The notes beneath the pieces were generated by a model. That model was not told the origin of the DNA, did no database searches, and was given only the letters and a program-made list of their open reading frames with translations. A stretch of 64,000 bases of DNA from Schmidtea polychroa (taxonomy: Eukaryota), in NCBI GenBank assembly GCA_044892525.1, contig CM097887.1:20584001-20648000 (forward strand), written 5' to 3'. Shown here piece by piece: positions 1-11,820 of the stretch. The position numbers and the translations under genes were made by a program. How positions within the stretch are numbered: the stretch's first letter is position 1; each line of letters opens with the position of its first letter.

Positions 1-61
1 AAAATTGATGCTGAAATTTTAATTTATTTGAAATTTAGCGTTTGTTTAAATCAATTATAAA

Positions 62-957
62 ATGGAAACTGGTAGCGGTAAAATTTCTTGGATTGATGCT
101 GTCCAAATTTCTGTCAGGGAAGAATTGGTACATATTGCAAAATTGGCTGAGCAAGCTGAAAGATACGATGATATGGCAGTAGCCATGAAACGAGTTACTG
201 AAAAAGGACACGAATTGAGCAATGAAGAACGTAATTTGTTGTCTGTTGCATATAAAAACGTTGTTGGCTCACGTCGATCATCATGGAGAGTTATATCAAG
301 TATTGAACAGAAAACCGATGGAAATGAGAAAAAAGTCAAATTTAGTGGTGAATATAGGCTTAAAATCGAGAAAGAATTGCATGATATTTGTCGTGATGTT
401 TTGGTGAGAATTAATTTACAAAATTATTTTTTTTATTATTATATTATGTCTATATCAATGTAAATTAGAAACTGCTGAGGGAGTATTTAATACCAAAAGC
501 GACAATTTCGGAAAGCGTTGTATTCTTTTTGAAAATGGAAGGTGACTATTATCGTTACTTAGCTGAAGTAGCATCTGGTGATGTTAAAGATGAAGCTGTT
601 CAGAAATCAATGGATGCTTATCAAAATGCTACTGTGCATGCCGACAAGGAATTAGAAACGACTCATCCAATAAGGTTAGGATTAGCTCTTAATTATTCAG
701 TTTTCTTCTACGAAATTAAAAATGAACCTGAACGAGCTTGTCAGTTAGCTCGAAGTGCTTTTGATAGTGCAATTGCAAATATAGATGACCTTCAGGAAGA
801 ATCTTATAAAGATAGCACTTTAATAATGCAACTTTTGAGGGACAATTTAACGGTTATTATTATTAGATTTCATGTTGATATCTGATCAATAATTATCTAG
901 TTGTGGACTTCAGAACAAGATGCCGAACCTGGAGAAGCTGATCCTGGTGACAATTAA
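62..957 (+). CDS. 14-3-3: 14-3-3 protein, 3 exons (62-403, 469-852, 901-957), about 260 aa
   Basis: Hallmark motifs [68 protein letters not shown] and [22 protein letters not shown] introns 404-468 (65 bp) and 853-900 (48 bp) restore a continuous frame ending at TAA 955-957. Confidence 0.97.
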
Positions 958-1165
958 CAATTTTTTATTGCTATTGTTTGTTTTGTATGTTGTAATTATT
1001 ATGAATAAAACTGAGTTCTTGTTAATAATGGAGAAAATGAAATTGCAGTACGATCTAACTTCCTGGAACTTCGATTTCTTTAGATTTTATGAGTCCTATT
1101 GTAGCTGCATATAACTGGTTGATTGTCATAACTATTTCATAATTATTATATCTGAATGTCTAGAG

Positions 1166-1532
1166 CAGGGTTTACCAAGCTTTTTCAGCGACGGAACACT
1201 TATCTTATTTTTTAGGTTGGGTAATTCATTATAGTATAAATAAAAATAAAAATGTTATCAAAGAAATATCAGCGAATCAGATAAAAACAATCCCATCCAC
1301 CACGTCTTTTTCCCTTATTAAAAAATATTGGCTCTTGTTAAAGACTATTATTGCTGTATCCAACTTCTATGTACTAAATATTTTCGCCTGCTTTTGACCT
1401 AAAAAAATCAATGAAGTTTAACCGTCGCTCGTCTTTCATTATGAAGCAGAATATGTTTAATTTTCTAAATTTACTCCAATTTTTTGCAAATTATCTATTT
1501 AGGCTCGGTGGAGCACAGTTTATGAAACCCTG
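1166..1532. mobile_element. hAT (Charlie/Buster-type) MITE, 367 bp
   Basis: Termini CAGGGTTT...AAACCCTG with a perfect 8 bp TSD GTCTAGAG (1158-1165 and 1533-1540). Confidence 0.85.
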
Positions 1533-1580
1533 GTCTAGAGGATTCAAATATTCTATATACAGATATTTTGCATTTAGATC

Positions 1581-2405
1581 TGTTGGGTATTTTGTGTAAG
1601 TCGGTATTACAGTCTGACTCTTTGGTGTTCTTTTCAAAATAAATAAACGACCCAACACAAATTCTTTATTTAAGATCGATATAGTTACACTTTAGTTACA
1701 CTTTTTATTAATTCAACCAAACTTGATACAACCTGCACTTTTCATATACTATCAATCTCGCGCAGGGATAAATCTTCCAACGGGAGATGTCCCTTTCTGG
1801 TACTTTCGATTTAAATTATTTATTTGTTACTAACTTTAACGCTATCTGATGGCTCTCGCTAAACTTCCTTTTTTCTTTTTCTTCGACCAACTGTCAATTT
1901 TGTTTTCTTGCCAGTTGCTTTTATACCCACTTGGTAATTGATTTTATTTTGACAAATTAATCTAGATCTAACTTTCCCCCGGGCTTCCTCTTGTAGCTCT
2001 AATTCGCTTTAAGGAAATTGCCCTTTCCCTTTGACGGCTCGCTTCAATTTGATTTTATTTGGCTAATTTAATTGCTTTTTCTAATTTGATGGGTAATTCA
2101 AATTCTCTGAAATCGCTCGAGTTTTCCATTGTCACGGGTTTCCCATTAGCTCGGTTTAACAATTGTTAATTAATTTTTGTTTTTAGTAAATTATTCCCTC
2201 TAGGGACCTCCCATTGATTTTATTTTATTATAGCTGAACTCGTCTCATTATTTGGCCTTCGCCCATACCAGTTTCCCCCGAAGATATTCATTTTTAAAAT
2301 TTTTTGATTTTTAATTAATATTTTGTACTTTAAATTTTTATTTTGAATTTGGTGTTTTTATCAATTTTCATCTCATTTTTGTGCCTTTCCTGTTGAACCC
2401 CAACA
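1581..2405 (-). mobile_element. Solo LTR, 825 bp
   Basis: Termini TGTTGGG...CCCAACA with a 4 bp TSD GATC (1577-1580, 2406-2409). The reverse complement shares blocks with 18764-19705, e.g. the exact 20-mer CCGAGCTAATGGGAAACCCG and the GTTGGGTCGTTT...GAGTCAG...CCGACTTA...CCCAACA end. Confidence 0.7.
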
Positions 2406-2474
2406 GATCCAATTTACAAGGTTTTCCGTGGTTTAGAAGAGTGAAAATTTGATTTGATTCAATAAAGTCTAAAT

Positions 2475-4427
2475 CGGTGGTTCCTAACCGAGGGCCTATG
2501 TACCCCGTAAATTTTAACAATTACGCGAAAAGGTTCAATATAATAAAAATAATTATGTAAAGAAAAAAAGGATTGTATAGGAAATAAAACAGCAATTCTA
2601 AATAAATATATTTTTAAAAAAAAACCCCATCCTAAGAAGTTTAGCTTTTCTAATTCATGGTATTTGCCATTTTAAATTTTCCACATGTCCATAAAAACGC
2701 CCCTTTTTTAAATATTTTGTTCTTAAGCAGGCCATGAAATTTTGTTTATTAAAAACAAACAGATTTATCAAAAAATTCTTTAAGTTTGTAAAGTTGTAAA
2801 CTTTTAGCTTATATTTAAAGTTGTGTGATTTGCCTATATTTTTTTGCTCTCCGTGCAAAAATTGTTTAATTTAAAATTAAGAGAGCTCGATTTACAACAG
2901 CAGAAAAACCCCCAAATTACGGATTTATCCCAGAAAAAAAATCAGCTTTGAAAGCAAGTTATCGTGTAGCATTGAGGATTGGAAAAGATGAAAAACCTCT
3001 TACAATTGCAGAAACTCTGATTAAACCATATGCAATGGAAATGGTTGAAATTATGTGTAGTAAAGAAATGAAACTTAACCACAAATCCCATTCATGATAG
3101 AACAATTCATGATCGAATTAAGGTGAATGTAAATCATATCAAGGAAGAAGTTTTATTTTGCGAACCTCTGACAGCAACTCTACAAAAGCTGTAGATATTA
3201 TGTCAATTATGAATATTTTGTTGTCCCCAATGGGCTTACGCGGGATCTTGTGGGCACTATTTGTACTGATGGAAAATTTCTGGATTTATTGCTCTTGTGA
3301 AACAGGAAAACCCAAATATGTATGCTATTCATTGCATTCTGCATTGTCGTGCTTTAGCATCCACCTTATTTCAAAGAATTATTGGATATTATCGTGAAAA
3401 CCATCGACTTTATCAGGTCAAGGACATTGAATCACTGTTGTTCGAAGCAGTTGGGTGTGAGAAAACCATACTTCTGTTGCATATAGAAGTACCTTGGCTA
3501 TCTACCTAGAGGCAAAGTTCTTAGTCGAGTGTTTGAACTTAGGTCACAAATTGAGACATTTCTGTGTGATAAAGATTCAATTCTGATGCATAACTTCACA
3601 GATACTAACTTTATACTTTCTTTTACATACCTTACAGATGTGTTTGGCCATCTTAACTCCTTAAATATATCACTTCATATGAATATATTACAGGACGAAG
3701 AGCGGGTTACATCTTTTCAAGAAAAGTTAAATCAGAAGAGTTAATAATAAAAATTATGCTAATTTTTCATTTTTTGATGAAATGGTTTTGTTGCAGGTCA
3801 ATTCTGAAATTCAAGCCAAAGTTTTGGGTTGGATTAAAATGCATCTTGAAAATCTGCAAATTACTTTCGACGGAATTATACGCCGCAATTTTGTAGCCGA
3901 CAACTGGAAAAAAACCCATTCGCATTATCACTGGATCAAATTAGTGATGATGAAGAAAAAGATGAGCTCATTGAGTTGCAGAATAACAAAAAAAAACGCA
4001 ATGATTTTGATATTATAATGCTACATCCATTCTGGCGCCAACCAAGCAAGCCATATCCTATTTCGTTCAAGAGGGCTTTGCAAGCTGTCATTCCGTTTGC
4101 CACAACATACCTCTGTAAATCTGGATTTTCAGTGCTTGTATTAATAAAAACGAAATTGCGGAACAAACAAAACGCCGAACATGACATGCGGATAGCTCAT
4201 TTGAACACTTTACCACAAATATAACAGTTGGTTGATGATAAGCAGCAACAACGCTCTCATTAAAATATTTTTTACCTTTTGTAATTACTTTTTTACTTAT
4301 TAAATAAAATATGATTTCATTAACAAAAATATGCACATCGTATTTGTATTTAATAAATTACAGAAATAATGAGGGATACGTGAAATTCTAAATTTATACA
4401 TTTACAGCAAAAGTTTGGGAACCATTG
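2475..4427 (+). mobile_element. Degenerate hAT Buster/Charlie (ZBED8/SCAND3-like) DNA transposon with pseudogenised transposase
   Basis: TIRs CGGTGGTTCCTAAC / GTTTGGGAACCATTG and perfect 8 bp TSD GTCTAAAT (2467-2474, 4428-4435). Transposase relics in several frames: KASYRVALRIGK, HCILHCRALAS, LLLHIEVPWLS, YLTDVFGHLNSLN, PFATTYLCKSGFS. Confidence 0.9.
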
Positions 4428-6269
4428 GTCTAAATGAAGCAGTGATTAAATTGATGAAGTGAATTTGTAAGATCAAGAATGACATATCGTGTGGTGGAGG
4501 TTACCATAGGGCAATATTTAAGAGCATTGAAGGAAGTTAAACTTAATAAAAAAACTTTAATTAAAATTTATATAATATTCCTTTTATTACAAAAGTTCAT
4601 ATTACATTTTGTTGGGCTAGAACTGACTTCTAGACCCAAATTTCTAATTGTGACTGAGATGTGTAAGTACACAGCATGCAAAAAAGCAAAAAGTATAGTT
4701 AAATATTAAAAACTACACCAAATAAACAATAGTAATTAAAGGAAAAAACAACAAAAACCTAAAACACAGAAATTAAATAAAAATTATACAAAAGCAAGAA
4801 GTTATGCAAAATCTAACTCAAAAATAACCAAATAAACATAGAATTACAAAAAGCAAGCTCGAATAACTTAAAAGACGATAAAAACAGTAAAAAGATTCCA
4901 GAAAAACCCAGAACATTCCATAAAATGGCGACGACCATCACAACGGCCATCTAGAACAACAAAAGTTATAGAAAATAAATAAATTAGTATTAAAAATAAA
5001 AAAAAAATCTTAAAAAGAAATTCATAAAACAGCAGTTAAAATGAAAATTGTATTAAAAATAAAATAGAATGTTCTGGAACCGTTTCAAATCCATCATGGA
5101 CGTCAAATTAACGAAAAATAATTAGAAAATAAAAATTTAAAAATAAAAACAAAAATTATGGCACAAAAATTGCCATTAAAAATATCAAAATCGCGAAATA
5201 GAAAATTCTGGAATAAAAAGAATTCGAGTTTGTTTTAATGCATCAATACATACACGTGTACAAAATAGGTATATATACTGACACGTTTCAGTCACAAGAA
5301 TCCCTTTATGCCAATATTTTGTGAACAAAAATTTTGTCAAGAAAACTAACAGTAAGTAGTTTTTCTTTTTTTGATTGATATTCATCGTTCTCATTATTGA
5401 TAATAATATTTTTATGTTTTGTATCTGATTCATTAATGCAAATTATTTTAATGTCAATGATTTTAATCGATTTTAATACTCTCAAGACCTAATTTGTATT
5501 TTTATTTTTTTTTCGACTAATCAGCGGCGTCTTAGTGCGTCTCTATTTAGTCCTGCATTTAATATTAATTTTCAAATAACGATTTCACATGCAGACAGGC
5601 AATATCTCTTATATATTTTTTTTGTTCGGTCATCGGAGGTCGGCCACTTCATGGTTCTACCATGGAGTTGTGTCGATAAAACCCCCCCGCTATGGCTCCA
5701 TATACTTTATTTATCGGTCGACAGTGATGTTTCGACTCAACATTACAGTAGGGCTTGTCGTAGCGGTCACAGTGGGGCCGTGTAAGCAAGCATTCTTCCC
5801 GAGTTAAATGCAGAACATAATTAAACTCAACATTAAAAATCGTATACAATAGTTTTACACTAAGGTCATAAGACCCAAATTAAACATATGTAGTCGGTTG
5901 AACATCACTAGGAACCAGCTTCAAATATACGTTTGCCGAACATCTTTAGTAAATAAAAATGTTGTAAAGACGTAAAGATTTTCTTGGATCTAATCATGAT
6001 AATACTATCTAGAAGTTCGGCAAGCGTAAATGATGGAATGGATGCAATTAATTATCACATCCTCAACAATTGACCTATATCTTTTTACCTCATAGTTAAA
6101 ATGTAAGCTCGCAATCACCTGAAACAATCAAAGGTCATATTGTGGAAATAGCTAACCCCTCTCACTATTACTTATAAACTGGTATCGATAAGGTATTATT
6201 ATTTTGGGGAAAATGTAATATTATCAATTATACAACCTTTTCGATTTATAAAATAAAACTTTGTATTGT

Positions 6270-7450
6270 CCATATCTATTCAAGTCAAAATTAATATTAT
6301 CAATTAAATCATATATAAAATTTAAATCATAATGTACTCCGATCATTAAACTATTAGTTAAATTATAACTATAATTTACCTATAAAATATAAAGTATATT
6401 CGACTCATTAAACTATAAGATATATATTAATGAAACCATAAATTGTAACTATAAATTATATGTAAAATATAAATCTTAATGTACTCTAACCATTAAACTA
6501 TTAGTTAAGTTATAACTATAAATTATCTATAAAATATAAAGTATATTTCAATCATCAAACTATAAGATATATATCAATTGAAACTATAAATTGTAACTAT
6601 AAATTATATATAAAATATAAATCTTAATGTACTCTAACCATTAAACTATTAGTTAAGTTATAACTATAAATTATCTATCAAATATAAAGTATATTTCAAT
6701 CATCAAACTATAAGATATATATTAATTGAAACTATAAATTGTAACTATAAATTGTATATAAAATATAAATCTTAATGTACTCTAACCATTAAACTATTAG
6801 TTAAGTTCAGCGCCGAGTGGAAACTTTTGGGGGCCCTGTGCAGACACTAAAAAATGTTTTTTTAATTTTATTGAATTCAGTTTTATTGATTTTAATGACG
6901 TTTTTTTAATAATTGTAATATTTTGGGGCCCAGTGCGATTGCACTTGTTGCACATTTGATAGTACGGCGCTGGTTAAGTTATAACTATAAATTATTTATA
7001 AGATATAAAGTATATTTCAATCATCAAACTGTAAGATATATATTAATTGAACTATAAATTGTAACTATAAATCATAATGTACTCTGATCATTAAACTATT
7101 AGTTAAGTTATAACTATAAATTCCCTATAAAATATAAAGTATATTCTACTCATTAAACTATAGGATATATATTAATTAAACTATAAATTGCAACTATAAC
7201 TTATATATAAAATATAAATCATAATGTACCCTAATCCTTAACCTACAAAGTACAGATTGGTCAAATTATATCCATGAATTGTTGATAAAATATAAATTAA
7301 ATGTATTTCCAAATCACTAAACTATTAAGTATATATTGGCTAGACCATAGATTATATATCTATCTAAAGTAAAAATACACTCTAATCATGAACTACAAAT
7401 TATAAATAAAGTAAAGGTTTAAAACATATATTAGGCAAATTATAATTGCA
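6270..7450. repeat. AT-rich tandem satellite, 148 bp unit, degenerating at both edges
   Basis: The motif ATCTTAATGTACTCTAACCATTAAAC recurs at 6473, 6621 and 6769 (period 148). Each unit has two related halves. Confidence 0.85.
6808..6972. mobile_element. hAT-type MITE, 165 bp, inserted into the satellite
   Basis: TIR CAGCGCCG / CGGCGCTG, perfect 8 bp TSD GTTAAGTT (6800-6807, 6973-6980), subterminal GGGGCCC motifs. Confidence 0.88.
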
Positions 7451-8257
7451 GCTATATATGCAAAATATATTGTGCACCTACCTGACTCATAAGTCATAAC
7501 CCGCAACTCACCTAAGAGATACCTCACAAGTTGTATTACTTAAATTATCTCGTGAAATCATTAGTCAAAATACGAATCATCAATTTACATTATAAAACCT
7601 ACCCTAAAGTTATCAGCAGAATTGTAAATTGCGAGCCAGTATTACCATGTTGCGCCTTAAAATTAGGAGGAGAACATAAATTCCAAATTTATATTATAAA
7701 TTGTATCATAAAATTATTTGAAAAAATATAAATCGGAATTGATCCTGAAAATAAGAATTGTGAACTTAGTCTCTTAAAATGTAAACCACAAATTTACAAT
7801 ATAATTTGCAACAATATAATAATTTAACTTACCTTAATATACTCCTAACTTAGATTATATTTAAAAAATACCAATTATAATTTTTTAAGAATGACCCCCC
7901 CTCCTCATGTCGGTGATAGCCTTATAGGGATATAAATTCACCATTATTATTATTATTATTCTTAATATTAACATTAGTGGTGGTAGTAGTAGTATTCTTA
8001 TTAACATTAGTGTCCTTATTATTATTACTATTTTTATTATTATTATTCATATATTGTTAAAATAATTATCGTTATTTTATAAACATGAAACTATCAACAA
8101 AAGTATTAATTTTGGGATTCCCCTATCTCTAAATTTAGATTCAAGGACCCTATCCTCCAATAAAATTAACGAAAACTGAGAAGATCTATTTTTAGTAACA
8201 ACCCCCCCCCCCCCGGAGAAGATGTTAGGGTTATTGACTTTGAATAGAAATACGTGC

Positions 8258-8259
<2 letters not shown>

Positions 8260-8336
<77 letters not shown>
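8260..8336. repeat. (TA)n microsatellite
   Basis: Long uninterrupted TA run. Confidence 0.95.
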
Positions 8337-8337
<1 letters not shown>

Positions 8338-9683
8338 GTATAGATGTCCATATGTACATACTCATTTAATCTAATACAAGGTTACCAATGGACGGGAACA
8401 TAGCAGGTAACTTAGCTCCCCCAGAAACTAGGAGCTAGATAAAACTTGCCTTGATAACTTGAGATGATTAATCAAGATAAATTGAACCACCTGTAAAGCA
8501 TAGAGACTAATAGTACGATTACTGAACTATATGAAAGAACAACTTTATAAATTATTACTAAATTCTGAATGTGTACTGTACATAAAACATAGAAGCATTG
8601 TCAAAAGAAAATATTTAACTTTATTATTAGCAAATTTTAAATATGTATTTGTTATATGCCACCAAGCAAAATTACTAGTTACTAGATCTCCAAGTTAAAA
8701 TCGTCCATCTCCGTTCGAATAAGAATCCCCACTGAATGTACCTGAAAATGAAAATTTATTAGTTAGTAAATAAATTACTTCCAAACTAGGAGATTATACC
8801 ACTCATGACGAACACAACCGAAGGAGAAGTAAGCAAACGAGAAACTAAGCTCGCCTCTAATACTTATCGCCCCGGTGTGCCCGAATTAAGTGGTAATTGA
8901 CCATAATGGTCCGATTTCAAAAATTATAAAAATTCGCATATTAAATCTTGAATTCCCAGCTAGAAGTCAACATGATTCTGAATTAAAATGATTAACTTAA
9001 ACAAAGTCAATGATTGAGCAACTTCAGAATATATTTAATTAAGTGCAAAGTTTACCAAATTAATAAGTCAACTATTAGGTAATTTCAGAAAATACTTAAT
9101 TAAAGGGTAAATTTTACCAAAATTAATATGTTAGGCTGTTAAATTGAAAATGCGTTCAGAAATCTGAGTGGTAACGGCAGTGACTTTTCCAGTCGAACAA
9201 CTCCATTAAATGCCTTAATATATCAAAACGATTAGCTTTGAATGCAAGGCTCTAATTACGAACTCCGTGGTCCGATGTTTTGTTTTGCAACCTGGTTATT
9301 ACGTGGGGGATTTCTTACATTGAGACATTTGGTCAAATTAGATCAATTGCGTTTGACAATTTAAATTCTAGTGATATCTTAACATTACCCACTACTTCCG
9401 CCCATCTATCTTCGTTTCCATCGATGGATTTTGAACCCACTATACAGAACCAGGGCAGGCGAATTAGCATGTTGGGAGGGTAGCTAACATAAATCTTGTG
9501 ACTCACCTTAGTCTGTGCCAAATGACCTAACTTAGAGTTGTATTATAGGTCCTATTGCGTATGGAGTACCCCCAGGGACGAGATGACCCTCCCTATCCTT
9601 CGTCTATTAATTCTATACAATTAATTGTATCGCTTTTACGCATATGAAGACTAATTATAGAGCTTCATTATTACCTTCATTTA

Positions 9684-10124
9684 GTGTACAAATTCCTCGA
9701 AAATCTACGAAAGGACCGCGAACAGGCTCAGCAACAAGCCGAAGACCTTCGAAGTCGGGTCGAGAAGCTCAAGATCAAGTGCCGAGAACTCGAAAGTACT
9801 TGGTTCAGTCCGGCTGAGATGAAGAAACGGACAACGCGCATCTCACAACTCCAGAGCCAGGCGGAGCAAGATCAACTCGAGATCCGAGCGCTGAAGCTAC
9901 AAGTGCGCTCGCTCGAGAGTAAACTGAACGAAAGGCTCATCCAGGACACCCTCAGCGAGCAGATACGCCCACTTCCCGTGGAGCTGGCCAAGATATACCC
10001 ACCAGCCCAGGCAAGCAAGCCGAAACGTAAACGGCTAGGGCGGAACACCCGAGACAAATTGAAAAGGGCCTGGCTGGACGAGCAGAAGAAATTGAAAGAG
10101 ACTGAAGCCAATCCACGATCCTGA
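9684..10124 (+). CDS. Orphan coiled-coil protein with basic C-terminus, probably the last exon or an accessory ORF of a mobile element
   Basis: 146-codon open frame that is visibly GC-richer than its flanks. Heptad-like E/K/L/Q-rich sequence followed by KPKRKRLGRNTRDKLKR. It begins right after an acceptor-like TTCATTTAG. No family recognised. Confidence 0.45.
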   Translation: MYKFLENLRKDREQAQQQAEDLRSRVEKLKIKCRELESTWFSPAEMKKRTTRISQLQSQAEQDQLEIRALKLQVRSLESKLNERLIQDTLSEQIRPLPVELAKIYPPAQASKPKRKRLGRNTRDKLKRAWLDEQKKLKETEANPRS

Positions 10125-10904
10125 GAGACGTTCGAGAGTGCGACCCTCCTGAGTAAACAAGCCTTGTAACATAGTAGTGATTAAATAAAAGATTCTTGTT
10201 GTCTAATGAGTATGTGATTGAACTTTGCGGTTGTCTAAAATAAGATGGTTGGCAGAAAAGCGTTTGGGAAAACAATCTCGATGAGGGACCGAAATAAATC
10301 GGACACGTGCCTTCTATCGGCGTCCGTGAACCCATAGAGTGCTCGACAATTACAGTGCTTGACGCGCTCACTTTTTGCGAGTACTCAACCCCTTGGTACA
10401 GTACCAACGTTGATTGCTCAACGGGTACCAAGAGGAAAACAATGTTGTATTCTGGGTTACGCTGGTAACAGCACTTAAACATTCAACCACCAGTAACCCA
10501 CCAATTTTTATATTTAAATGAAACCTGTAATAATTCAAACAAAAGTTTAAAAAATCGTGGAGGCCTGAGTAAAGTAAGAAATGAGCAAACCAAATGGGGG
10601 ATAGTGAGTGTAAGCTCATTTGTATTATTATTAAGTACAAATAAACAACGGTGGGAAAAGCAAAAAATTAATAATGAGACAAATATCAATTTTAACAAGC
10701 TAAAAATAGGAGAATTATAATAAAATTAAGTAAAAACAATATAAAAGAAAAAAAATCGAAAATGAAAAATGATCAAAAACGAATAAAAACAATTGTTGAA
10801 GTCCGCAAATTAAAATAAATTGAAATGAAATTTAGGTTAATAATTTAAATAAAAAGTAAGTGAAGAAAAATGACAAATAAAAGCGGGATCATGCATAGAA
10901 TCGA

Positions 10905-11820
10905 TGTAGTGAGCCGTTACACGGCCTTAACAATATCTATATACCTATTATACTATATTATATTATATTATACGATATTATATTATATATATAAATGCGC
11001 GGTCACCAGCGACTAAGGACCAAACAGAACACAATAACATTCAATCAAAATTCGTGCGATCAGCTAATACTTCTACTTATCAATCAGGCTCTATTAATCA
11101 ATCTCAGAAGAGTAAAGCAAATTCGATGCCATGTTATCATTATCAAGATAAACTGTATTCGGCTCCCAATAGTTTCAGTGTTGGCTCTCATAGACCAACA
11201 CCCTCATCCATTACAATTCGCGAAATACGGAACAAATCCTAACAATAATATAAAAACCTAAATTTGTTTATTTTGCATTTATTTATTAGTAATTGACTAT
11301 TTGAAATTCTTACGCGAACTTTATAAAATCGTTAAGCTTTTTAAATTATATATTTTTAAAAATCTGTTTATTTTTTATCGAATGATATAATTTTGTATTT
11401 TGTAACTTTGTGTAAATTGTTTACTTATATGTATAAATTTTGTAAAAGATTTCCTGGCTTGTTTATATATTCCAAAAAAAATGAATAAACTGGGTGTTTT
11501 AAAATATTACAATTGTAGTTGTTTTTTTGAGAATTATAATTCGTTTTCAATTTTATCAGCCAATTTGTAGAAAAATGAGACCATTATATACATATAAGGA
11601 ATTAAATAATTGGAAGCCAGTTAATACTAGCAACAAATGTATATTTGATTACCAGAAACCAATATTCCAAGAAATGAATGGAATGAAAGTTGTCGAAAAT
11701 CATAATTCGCAACGCAATAAAGTTCTCTTATGTCATGATATGAAAGGCGGTTATCTAGACGATGCTCTTACTGAAAATTCTATTGCCAAATTACCAGATC
11801 GGATTGCCTCAACTACAACA
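10905..11820 (+). repeat. 5' LTR, 916 bp
   Basis: TGTAGTGAGCC...CAACTACAACA. By eye it differs from the 3' LTR by about 2 substitutions and one net 7 bp indel region. Confidence 0.95.
11575..11763 (+). pseudogene. ENGASE: Captured N-terminal fragment (63 aa) of cytosolic endo-beta-N-acetylglucosaminidase (GH85) inside the 5' LTR
   Basis: MRPLYTYKELNNWKP...SQRNKVLLCHDMKGGYLDD matches the ENGase N-terminal pattern (EL..WKP ... R..LLCHDMxGGYLDD). The catalytic region is absent. Confidence 0.88.

Noticed and set aside
6270-7450. CRISPR-like array
   Set aside because: Eukaryotic context; the tandem units have no unique spacers.
8166-8351. YI-repeat ORF
   Set aside because: It is the translation of a (TA)n microsatellite.
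10995-11261. 88 aa and 62 aa ORFs in the LTRs (also at 17940-18206)
   Set aside because: They are duplicated only because they lie in the LTRs, and have no recognisable protein features.
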